From: Camelus ferus
Taxonomy: Eukaryota
Length of the DNA stretch: 64,000 nucleotides
Direction: 5' to 3'
NCBI RefSeq assembly: GCF_009834535.1
Contig: NC_045696.1
Location: 24,430,001 to 24,494,000 of the forward strand
Shown here: piece after piece, positions 26,487-37,585 of the stretch
Position numbering within the stretch: the stretch's first letter is position 1
Layout: each line of letters begins with the position of its first letter
Made by a program: the position numbers and the translations under genes
The notes under the pieces: generated by a model
What the model saw: the letters and a program-made list of their open reading frames with translations, nothing else
Told to the model about the DNA's origin: nothing
The model's database searches: none

Positions 26487-28914
26487 AAGTCCCAAATCCT
26501 GTTTACTTATGACTTCAGCCAGAGTAAAGTTGCTCTGTACTGAGTTTAAGCCAACATTTACTGAGTATTTTTGGTTTCCTTGGAATTGCAGAGATAACTG
26601 ACTCAGTTCTTGCTCTTGAGGCATTTGGAAGCTGGTGTAGCAACAAATGCAACAGAAAAATTACATCAAGATTATCCACGAAAGGCAAAACACTTGGCCT
26701 TTTAGACAGTAATTTAAGAGATGCTGCAACCCCCAGGATATTTACTTCAAGACTATTCCAACTCCCACCACAGACCACCCTGGACCGTTTGCAAACCTTC
26801 TCCAGGATTTTCTCCTCATCAGGAAGTCCACTAAAGCTTCTCCACCCAAGAACATCTCAGGTTGATGAAAAATTAAAAAGCTCTCTAGAAGTAACTTTCT
26901 ATTCCTCCCTAGATGCAGGTTCAGGATTGGCCAAACTTAATTGGCACAAATGCCCCACCCCTCTTGATCATTTAAAGCATATTATATATCATTTGATAAT
27001 CACTAGATGCATTTGAATTAATGGTCACATGCATTTGGCCATATGCCCAGAAATTTGGGCACTACCTGAGGGCCCTACCCCATTAAACTATGGGGATAAT
27101 GACCCCTTTCTGGCCATGGCTTCTAACTGCAAATGGCTGTAATTACATAATCTGAATGTAGGTCAAAGAGCTGCTAGGTGAAGTTTTCCATAGGGCAGCT
27201 GGGTTTTTTGTTTTTCCTGGCAATGATCAAAGCTTCCCAGTTGTACCTAATTAGAGAGTATGATTTTTGCCTGACCAAGGCTTAAGTTTATTACCAACAA
27301 AATACATATCACCTGTGCCCCAAACCGAGTTGGAACATACAATTCTTCCGGGCAAGAGACTAGTTTGCTAACTTACTTTAACTGCTAGGAACTTCACAAC
27401 AGAGTTTTGTGTTGTTGTTGTTGTTGTTGTTTTAAATGTTAAATTTGGAATTAGACGGGTGGAGTTGTAATTCTTAATAGGAATTGCTCGGCTAACTCCC
27501 TGTGTCTCACTGAAAATTTACAACTTAATGCTAGCATTTTTTGTATAAGACATAAGGTCTGTTTTAGTAAGGACCCCTGCTGAAGGATAGAAATGGCCAT
27601 GCAAGGGTCCCAGTTCTTTTTCACCCCTTAGCTACTATATATGCCAGCTGAAATCTAACTTGAAGAGATCAAATGATAAAAGATTAGGGAAAAAGGGAGA
27701 AGTTAATGAACAATGTTGCCTTCTGCAAGAAACAGGATTATTTTGCCTTTTCATCATGCGAGGAACCAACACAGGTGTTTCTAAATAATGGCTAGTTCAA
27801 CAAAGAACGTGTTCCTTTAATAGCAAGAACCATATTTTTGTGTTATGCTGGCTCACCACACATTTAAAATTGACACATTGGAGCACTTCAAATTTATATC
27901 TTCATTTCAGCCATTCATTTAGGAGGTCAAATCATCATTATATTTCACCAGTATGGTGGATTTTAATTCATTTAACATTTTAATCTTTCATCAGTTTTTC
28001 ATTTAAGAGGATTTCACAGCATATATGGGGTTTGTATAAATTTGTGTGCAGTAAATTTATTCTTTTAACAGTTTTATTCTTTCATCAGAAATTCATTTAA
28101 ATGGATTCCACGATATATCACTTCCACTTCCCGTGCAGCTTTAGGTCAGGCTGTAATTGATGCAAAAGCAATGAGGTATTAAAAGAGATAGGAAATATCT
28201 GAAATTGGAAAGAGTTCAAGAAGTGGGCCATTGTCAGGACATTACACTCTTCAGATAAGGTGGGGAGGGGAAAATAATATAGCATTTTGATCTGAAGCCT
28301 CGCATGCTTTATAATTTCCATTCTCAACAAAGTCAAAAAGATCTAAGCTTGTGTCTTTAAAACAAAATTAACTGCTTCAGTGCCCTAAAACAGCCCCCAT
28401 ATGGCCATGCGAGTGTGCGTGCTTGTCTTCACCATGCATTTGAATTACTGGCACAGCTTCTTTCAGCGAACGTTCCGTCTCCTCCCTCCCCTCTGCCTAC
28501 ATTCATTAAATGACATCCAAGTGATAAACATTAATATAATAAATACAGTCGCTATGGAAATAACCCAGGGAAGAGGTGCATTCTATCATGTTTTCATATA
28601 GAAGTAGATGAAAATCACCAGTAGTGCATTATAGCTGGCGACAGAAAACTGCAGCATGAGAGATGCCTTTACCAAAGAGCAGGGGTGCTGGTACTTGCTT
28701 TGTGCTCATCAGGAAAGTAAAAGGTGACCTTGAGAAAGTCCTCCTTGCTCTCTAGGTCTCTGCAAAGGGACTGACTGCTTTTATGATACCTACTATAAAA
28801 GGGCACTGATGTCTTCCACTGGTGAGTGAGAGGTGCTAGAGGATTGATACTGGTGGAAATCAATATTTATTTGAATTTGTTAATGCCTCTTTGGGAAGAC
28901 TATGCCTCAGGAAG

Positions 28915-29110
28915 AAATGTTCTCACCACACACACACACACACACAATGGTAATTTTGTGCGATGATGGATGTGTTAACCAATTCTATTGTGGTAATCAT
29001 TTAACAATATGTCCAGGTATCAAATCATCATGCTGTATACTTTAAACTTACATGATGTTGTGTGTCAATTGTATCTCAGTAAAGCTGGGGAAAAAAGAAA
29101 AGAAAAAGAA
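28915..29110 (+). mobile_element. L1MA/MB-like 3' terminus with GA-rich tail
   Basis: gttctcaccacacac...gtggtaatcatttaacaatat...tcaattgtatctcagtaaagctgggg plus A-rich tail. Confidence 0.85.
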
Positions 29111-30619
29111 AGAAGGAAGGATAGAAAGGAAGGGTAGAGAAGAAAAAAAGGAAAGAGGGAGGGATATACCTTGGGAAATTGTTGTTGTACCTAACACACT
29201 CCTTTATGAGACTGACAGCTACTTCTTTCTTCCTCTGGTTTACTGGCCCTATGGATTGCTTGTCTCATCAAATGTCCAATAAATGTTCATTGAATTGAGT
29301 TGAATCAATTGAAAAAAGAACACCTTAAATGCTGGGAAAGATGACCCAAGCCCATCATCCACCCTGCCCCACCCCAGGCCCCCATAAGGTCACAGTATAA
29401 TCTGATGTTAGAGATTTGAAATCAATTTAACTTATCACTCTGTTCATAGAAGATGTCCCTTTACTGCATCTGGCTAGGGAGAGAACATGACAGAGAAAAA
29501 AGATTGCACTCAGACCAAACATCTGAAGTAATATTTCTAACAAGAATGATGATTGGTCATGAAAGATTGCCGGAGGACTGTAGGAGGATCACACCTAATT
29601 TCTACTCTAATGTCATGCTGAGTTCTCTTGTGCTTCCTCTTATCAAATCGTGGAGGGCCTAGATCCAGTCCTTCATAGATCTATGGCAGTTTTTATATGG
29701 GAGTTTACAAGTAATTTGGGGGCAATTACTGGATTTCTCTGGAGATTCAGTGTCACTTTCATGGGTTCTAGATCCCACAGGACATCCTAGAACTAACTAA
29801 AATATACAAAGTCTAGAATATTTCCATCTTTTTTTTTTTTCAACCTCACTTTCATGCAGTGGTCTAGGGGAGATAGGGAGAAGGTAAGGGACACTTTTTC
29901 CCCAAGGTTTCCAACACTTCAGTGGGCTGCATGTTGTCAAGTCTGGTCAACAGTTTTTCAGGTCCATTTGGGTAAGGCTCTTGGTTGTCCAAAGAGTATG
30001 TACTAAAAAGTTGATTACAGTAAATGTGAAAGCATCTTACTGAAGGCTAACTTTATTTGGATCTAACTTATCAACCTAGCTGTCAAACCACAAGTAGAAA
30101 GGTGAAGTTCCTTGTGTGGACAATTTTGTAACCTTTCAAATGATAATTTTGTGAATTTTTATGCAGGCATATATTGATGGAGACTGACAGACGTTGAAAA
30201 GAGCAGAGCCACAAGCCACCCCATAGAACTGAGGATAAAAAACCGCCTTCCACTTGCCCCTCCTCTATTGCTATTTTTGTGATGCATCAAAACTCCCTTT
30301 CAAATGCAAAGTATGAAGCTGGGCTCTTATTTACATACCTGATCTTGCACACACGTTTCCCTTCACTTTGGCTGCTCTTCTGACCAGTAGCCTCCTGCCA
30401 GCAGTTTCTTATCAGTGTGCTCATCTAGATGATTTTCTAGTTATTACTCTTTGTTTTAAGATTAATAAGACATTGACTTAATACTTGAGTAATTTGGTTC
30501 AGGAAGAGCTCAGAAAGTCTGCAAATCTATAGTCATCCATCCATCACACACAGACAATGTGTCAGATTATTTGAGCATCATGAGTGTGCTAATAAAGACA
30601 TTTACAAGCTCTCTCTGAA

Positions 30620-31090
30620 ATTTTATTTTAAATTCACGTTTACATGGCACATCTTTTTTCCATCCTTTTACTTTCAACTTATCTAAGTTGTTTTTGAAAT
30701 GAATTTCTTATAGATAGCATATCGTTGGGTCATGTTTTGTTTTGTTTTGTTTTTTAAATATACTCTGCCAACTCTGTCTTCTAATTGGTGAATTAAGATC
30801 ATTTATACTGGGGATAATTATTGATGTGATAAGGCTTAAGTCTTCCATATAGTTTGTTTGCTGTTTATTCTCTTTGTTTCTCATTTCTGTCTCTTTTCTT
30901 GCCTTCCTGTGAGTTATCTGACCATATTTTTAGGATACTGCTTTGATTTTCTTAGTGATTGTTCTAAATGTTATAATACACTTATACACCATATCACAGT
31001 ATACTAGTCTTCATGTTTTACTACTTCTGCTGAAATGTAGAAACAGTACTTTCACTTAGGTCTCTTTATCCTTCAACTTTGAAATCCCTG
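30620..31090 (-). mobile_element. Old L1M internal fragment
   Basis: ttccatccttttactttcaact, tttcttatagatagcatatcgttgggtcatg, ctctgtcttctaattggtg. Confidence 0.7.
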
Positions 31091-31489
31091 TGCTTTTATG
31101 TACTTAGTAACTTTATTAAACTATAAGAATAAACCTATTGAAAAAAATCATGAGAAGAAAATATCAAACATCTTTAGTGACTTTCCTTAGGATTATGGGT
31201 CATTCTTATTTTCTGCTCTATTATTTTTCCTATGTTCTAATTTTTTAATTAATAAACGGCATTACTTATTAGAAAAAAATATTTTTTATCGAAGAGGAAA
31301 AAAGATGCATGAGAAACAGATATGTGTTAAGCATGGCTAGTCTATAAAGCACTGAGAAATAGCCATAATAGTATCAATGTTTTTATTTCTAGGAACTGTG
31401 CTCATGGCTTTCTGTGCATCAATATTAACATCTTCAGAACTCTCACTAGTCAGTTGAAAAAAAGATAAAAGAAAATACCTTTTAAAATC

Positions 31490-32720
31490 ATGACAAAGAT
31501 AGCCCTAAAGGGCAATGGGTAAAGGGTGGTCATTTTAATAAATGGTGCTAGGTCAATTGAATATCCATCCATAGGGGAAAATATCTGTATCTCAACCCAT
31601 ATCTCTCACTACACACAAAAGTTAACTCTAAATGAACTATAGATCTGCATGTAAAAGGTATAAATAATAAACAAATATTTAATCAATAATCAATAAATCT
31701 TTTAGAAGCATAGAAAAATATCTTCAAGACCATAAAGTAGGAAATATTTCCTAAATATGACCTAAAAATCAATAACCATGAAAGAAAAATAATTACATTG
31801 TTAAGACTGTCCATCAAACAACACCATTTAGAGATTGAAAATCAATCCATAGATTGAGGGAAAATACTTGTAAATCAATGAGAAAAAGACTGAAACCCCA
31901 AACAGGAAAATGAGCAGGTATCCAGAAAAGATGTCAAAATGATCAATAAACATACGATAAGGTGTTCACCTGTAGAGAAATGAAAATGAAAATCACAATT
32001 GCTACAACTGCATGCCTATCAGAACAGCTAAAATGAAAAACAGACAACATCAAATATTGGTGAGGATACAGAATTACTAAGCTCTCATAAACTGCTGGAG
32101 GGAGTGTACATTAGTACAACCACATTGGAAAACATTTGGCAATACTTACTAAAACTGGACGTGGGTATAAACTATCCCAACAGATTTAATCTTATTTATA
32201 TATTCAAGATAAATATTTACATATATTCACTGAAAGATACATACAAAAATATTCATTGCCTCTATTCAAATAAGCTCAATCTGGAAACTACCCAAATATT
32301 CATCAACTGTAGAACTAATAAGTACATTATAATATAATCACACAGTGGAATCCAATACCACAGCATGAATGAGCAAACTACAACTATAGCCATAGTATGG
32401 ATATGTCACATAAATATGGAATTAAGTATAAGAAGCCAGACACAACAAAGTACACACTATCTGATTACATGTTGGAAACAGATAAAACTTACCTATAGTG
32501 TCAGAAGTCTGGATAACAGTTATCCTTTGAAGGAGAGAGTACTTAGAAGAAAGGACAAAAGTGGTTGGTTCTGGGATATTACTATTCCATTTATTGATCC
32601 GGATTTTTATTATATGAGTGTACTTATGAAAATTAATTGAGCTGATGTTTATGTTTTATATTATTTTGTATATAAGTCATTGTTTAGTAAAAATATGACT
32701 GTATTTCACATATAATAGAA
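31490..32720 (+). mobile_element. L1ME-like ORF2 3' end and 3'UTR
   Basis: aataaatggtgctaggtcaattgaatatcca, agtacaaccacattggaaaacatttggca, ctggaaactacccaaatattcatcaac, aagaagccagacacaa. Confidence 0.85.
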
Positions 32721-32959
32721 TTTTAATACAAAATAAAATCAAATGAAACAATTATATTTTAGAAGCATTTGTAATCAACTTTAGTTTTTTTTTATGCAAT
32801 TCCTGCTTCCCCAGGTCGCAGAAAGGGAGGGGACAATCATCAAGAGGTTGAAACTGGTGACAGATGCTCTTCACTCTCTAAGCTACTACCCTGTAGTGAA
32901 GCAATCAAAGGCTTAGGGATTGTATCTCATGCTTCTTCTCCTTTACTCTGAGTGATCTC

Positions 32960-33174
32960 AAAATAAAGTCTATTTTGTCTGATATTAGTATAGCTACTCT
33001 GACTTTCTTTTGCTTACTGTTTACATAATACATCTTTCTCCATTCTTTAATTTTCAACCTATTTGTGTCATTGAACCTAAAGTCTGTCTCTTCTGGACAG
33101 CAGATAAATAGGTCTTGTTTTCAGTCTGTCAACCAATATGCCTTTTCATTGGAGTGCTTATTCCATCTACATTT
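32960..33174 (-). mobile_element. Old L1M host element, left part (continues at 34353-34840 and 35440-35770)
   Basis: tattttgtctgatattagtatagctactc...; sequence reads through across the TSD catctacattt. Confidence 0.75.
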
Positions 33175-33520
33175 TTTTATTCAATGAAAGATTCTTAAAT
33201 TCTATAGTACTTTATAATTTTCAAAAGTTTCACATACATGATTTCATATAATCTCATAAAAACTCTTTTTTTTCCCATTCCTATATTGCCCCTCCCTCCT
33301 TCCCTCTCCTCATTGGCAATCATTAGTTTCTTCTCTGAGTCTGCTTTTGTTTTGTTTTATTCGCTAATTTGTTGTATTTTTTAGATTCTACATATAAGTG
33401 ATATCATACAGTATTTTTCTTTCTATGTCCAACTTACTTCACTTAGCATAATATCCTCCAAGTCCATCCATGTTGCTGCAAATGGCAAACTTCCATTCTT
33501 TTTTATGGATGAGTAGTATT

Positions 33521-33569
<49 letters not shown>

Positions 33570-34352
33570 CTTCTTTATCCATTTATCTGTTGATAAACAG
33601 TTTGCTTCCATACCTTGGTAATTGTAAATAATGCTGCCATGAACATGTATCTTTTCAAATTAGTGTTTTTGTTTTTTCAAATATAGAGCCAGGAGTGGAA
33701 TTGCTAAACTCAAAATGGATTAAAGACCTAAATGTAAAGTCAGATACTCTAAAACTCCTAGAGGAAAACATAGACAGAACACTCTTTGACAAATTGCAGC
33801 AATATTTTTTGGATCCATCTCCTAAAGCAAAGGAAACAAAGGCAAAAATAAATAAATGGAACCTAATTAAACTTAAAGGCTTTTGCACAACAAAGGAAGC
33901 CGTTGACAAAACGAATAGACAACCTCCTGAATGGGTGAAAATATTTGCAAATGATACGACTGATAAGGGGTTAATATCCAACATATATAAACAACTCATA
34001 CAAATCAATATTAAAAAACCCAAACAATCCAATTAAAAGATGAACAGAAGAACTGAAAAGACATTTTTCCAAAGAACAAATGCAGATGGCCAACAGGCAC
34101 ATGAAAGACGCTCAACGTTTCTAATCATCAAAGAAATGTAAATGAAAACTACAGCGAGATGCCCCTTCATACCAGTCAGAATGGATATCATCAGAAAGAA
34201 CACAAATAACAAACATCAGCCCAGATGTGGAGAGAAGGGAACTGTTGTACTCTGTTGATGGGAATGTAAATTGACGCAGACGCAGTGAAAAACAGTATAG
34301 AGGTCTCTCAAAAGACTAAAAATAGAATTACTATATGACTCAGCAATTAATA
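33175..34352 (-). mobile_element. 5'-inverted (twin-primed) L1 insertion
   Basis: 33175-33705 is antisense 3'UTR/ORF2 end; 33706-34348 is sense ORF2 (NSKWIKDLNVK...TKAKINKWNLIKLKGFCTTKE); TSD catctacattt at 33164-33174 and 34353-34363. Confidence 0.92.
33524..33567. repeat. (GT)n microsatellite
   Basis: Perfect GT run of about 22 units inside the L1. Confidence 0.95.
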
Positions 34353-34840
34353 CATCTACATTTAATGTAAATATCCTTAATATAAATTATGCATTTACAT
34401 CTTAAATTTTGATATTGGTTTCCTAGGCCTTGTCTATGTTTTTCTCACTCCTATATCCCTCCATTATTGCCTTTTTTGTGTTAGAGATTTTCTAGTATAC
34501 CACTTTAGTTCCCTTCTCATTTTTTTGTGCTATACTTTTTGGAATTATTTTCTCAGTGGTTGCCCTAGGGAGTACCATGAACACTTAATTTATAACTATC
34601 TAGTTCAGATTGATGCCATATTCATTTCAATCATATAAAAAACTTTGCTCCTATGTAGCTCTGTTTCCTTACCTCCCTTTGTGCTATTATTGTCAAACAA
34701 CTTGCATATTTATTCATTATAAGCCTATCAACATAGTTTTATCTTATTGCTTTAGGCAGTTGTTTTTTAAATCAGAAGAAAAGAGTTAAAACTAAAAATA
34801 CATACTTTTATATTTACCTATATAGCTACCTTAGCCCATG
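34353..34840 (-). mobile_element. Old L1M host element, right part
   Basis: ttattttctcagtggttgccctagggag, aaaaactttgctcctat, cctccctttgtgctattattgtca. Confidence 0.7.
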
Positions 34841-35439
34841 TTTCTTTCTTTCTTTTTCTTTCTTTTCTTATCTTTTTTTTTCTTCACACCACCACCACAA
34901 ACAACAACAAACACTCTTGTAAGCCTGTCATTAAAATACACATTTAATAAAGATGGACTCAGTGATCTACTTCAGAATTGTAGGAGACGAGAGCTGGAAG
35001 TCTTAAAAGCTGGCCTCTTTCTGGTACAGTCTAGCTCAGTAGCATGGACAGTGTAGTATTTGACAACTCTCACGTGTCCTGTGGTTTCTATCACATCACT
35101 TAAACCTAATGTATTTGAATTAGAATCTTGGCCCATAGCCTATAATGTGAGGAAGCTAAATGTGTGCTGTAGGGAAAATGTCTTACGTTGTGTTGTTCAT
35201 TGTAATAAGCTACTGAAGATTAGAGCCATGAGAGACATAGAAACCAAAATCTATAATTATTGGCACTTGCAGGAAATATTCCAAGAACTCTTAGTCATTT
35301 TAATCCAATTTTCTTTCTTTATGGTCCTTAACAAAAAAGGGAATGTACACAGTGGGCTTCAATTCAGGGCCTTCCTACCCCCTTTTTTATGAGTTTCTAA
35401 AATTAGCTTTTATGCACTTTTTTTTTCTTAATTTCTTCA

Positions 35440-35770
35440 CTTGAATTCAAGTTACTTTCCAGTATCCTTTCATTTCAGTCTGAAGGACTCCCTTTAGTAT
35501 TTTTAGTGGTAGTACTGTTTTAATTTATCTGGGAATGTCTTATGTTTGAAGGGTAATTTTGTTGTATACAGAATTCTTGGTTGATAGTAGTTTTCTTTTG
35601 CACTTTGAATATATTATCCCACTGCCTTCTGGCCTCAGTGGTTTCTGATAAGAAGTCAGCTGTTAATCTTAATGAAGATCTCTTATACATGATGAGTTAT
35701 TTCTTTCTTGTTGCTTTCAAGAACCTCTTTGTCTTTCAACAATCTGAGTCTGATATATCTAGGTGTAGAA
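35440..35770 (-). mobile_element. Old L1M ORF1-region fragment
   Basis: tgaaggactccctttagtattt, agaattcttggttga, cactttgaatatattatcccactgccttctggcctc, gataagaagtcagctgttaatctt. Confidence 0.8.
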
Positions 35771-37299
35771 GTCTAACATTGCCAGTGATACCTGTGATGA
35801 CTTTACGGATTTTACTGTGGAAGTAAAGTCTGTTACCAACAAAGTTTCAGCTCTTTTCCTAAGTTCCCCAAAGGGTAGCCTTATATTCCATTAGACCTAA
35901 GTAACTATGTACAGCTATGTCTTTCCTCAGTGACATTTAATCACAATAAATTGACCACACCTGTTGCCCCAGGATGAGCGTCAATTCCTTTGATTTTCAC
36001 CTATTTTGTGAGTTACTTTCCTCATAGGGTTAGGATAGATTTTATCTCCTCTTTTTTGAGTTTCAGTAGGATGTTCTCCAAAGTGTTCTTTACCAGTCTT
36101 CTAAGGAGAATCAATTGTCCTCATGTGAATAAAACTGTTGATGTCATACACCGGGTTATGGAGGTGGGCCTGATGGCTTGACACTCCTTCCTCTCACTGG
36201 CCACCTTCCTTTAAGTTCTTTCTTACTTGGAGAAAGTCGGTAACTTCAAGAACTAAAGGAGCTACTGAAGTGATGGAGAGTGCTGTGCCTCAACAGGATA
36301 TAATTACATCATGGAGGAGTGAAAATGTATCACAGCCGTAAAGAGACCTGAGTTGGGAAGAAGGACAGGGCCATCCATTTTGGGTCTTTATTGACTGGAT
36401 TCCTTTCCTCTCTCCTTACCAATGGTGAAGTTCAGTGAGGCCATATTTTGTTGAACTATTTTTTTCAAAATAGCTGTTCTGAGTCATACATTCAACTTTA
36501 ACTCTCCCATTTGGAAACAGATTGAGTGCAGTTAGATAGTGGCAGGGAACTCTGAGCATTACTGATTCTTAAAATGTCAAAACAAACAGATCCTGATGAA
36601 TTTCACACGAAGCCCTGATCCGAGGCATTGTTTTACAGAGCATGTAATTCTTTTTTACTTTCCTTAGGGAGACTGAATATGTTCAGACAACTAGTATTTC
36701 CTATCTATCAAGTCTATCAAGAAATTGCTTGTCCTAGGGAGAGCAAACAGCAACCAGACGACTGAGTGAGGAAGTGTGTCATGTATCCTTCTCTTGCATG
36801 TGGCTTTTTTTGGTTTTTCCCTAGTTTTGTTTTAACTACAGTAATGAATATTTCCAGGAACACTAATTGGCCAAATTACTGACAAACTTATTAAAAATGA
36901 GATAGTAAGAAGTACCAAACAGAGACTATCACACCAACACTGAAGTACAATTTACAGTGAGCTTGTGTTCTTTTATTAGAGTCAGGATTCTTTCACAGGT
37001 AGATGTGACTACTGAGGGAGAAGCCACTCTGTCTGCACACCAATAGTTAGCGGTCTAGCAGACTTAGACGTGTATTTTTATGCTACAGTAGGTCATCCAA
37101 TATGACTGCATGCATTGCTTTACCTTCCCGTGGTTAGCAAAATGCTTCATTCTCAAAACTATTATCTTTAAACAGTACCTGGTTCATCAGCTTGGTACAT
37201 AAATCAGAGAAATTCTAGGTACTATCATAACTTAATGGAAGGGCTACCCAGGATTTCAATTAGTCATTGCAAAAACTAAAGATCTGCCATTTATGACTT

Positions 37300-37585
37300 C
37301 TTACAGTATATTCTAGTCTTTCATCGGATTAACATTATGGATCATCACATTGATAAAGATGTGGATAAACTGAAGAGAACACTGCAAAGAGCAATGAAGG
37401 TGATTAAAGGAGTGGAAATAGATCTTAGTGCAAATATTAAAGGAATAAGGTGTGTTTAGTTTAGAGATGAGAAGCCCAAGGGAAGTCTTAATCACTAGTT
37501 TAAAATTTATTGAAGATTTTTATGAGGGGCACACCTAACAGATTCTTCTTTCCATGCAGGACAGAATGAGAAAACAATTTTAACT
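37300..37585 (+). mobile_element. CR1/L3 LINE ORF2 3' remnant
   Basis: Translates (with a frameshift) to DVDKLKRTLQRAMKVIKGVE...LKE*GVFSLEMRSPREVLITSFK, resembling the CR1 motif LERVQRRATKMIKGLE...LKELGLFSLEKRRLRGDLI. Confidence 0.8.
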
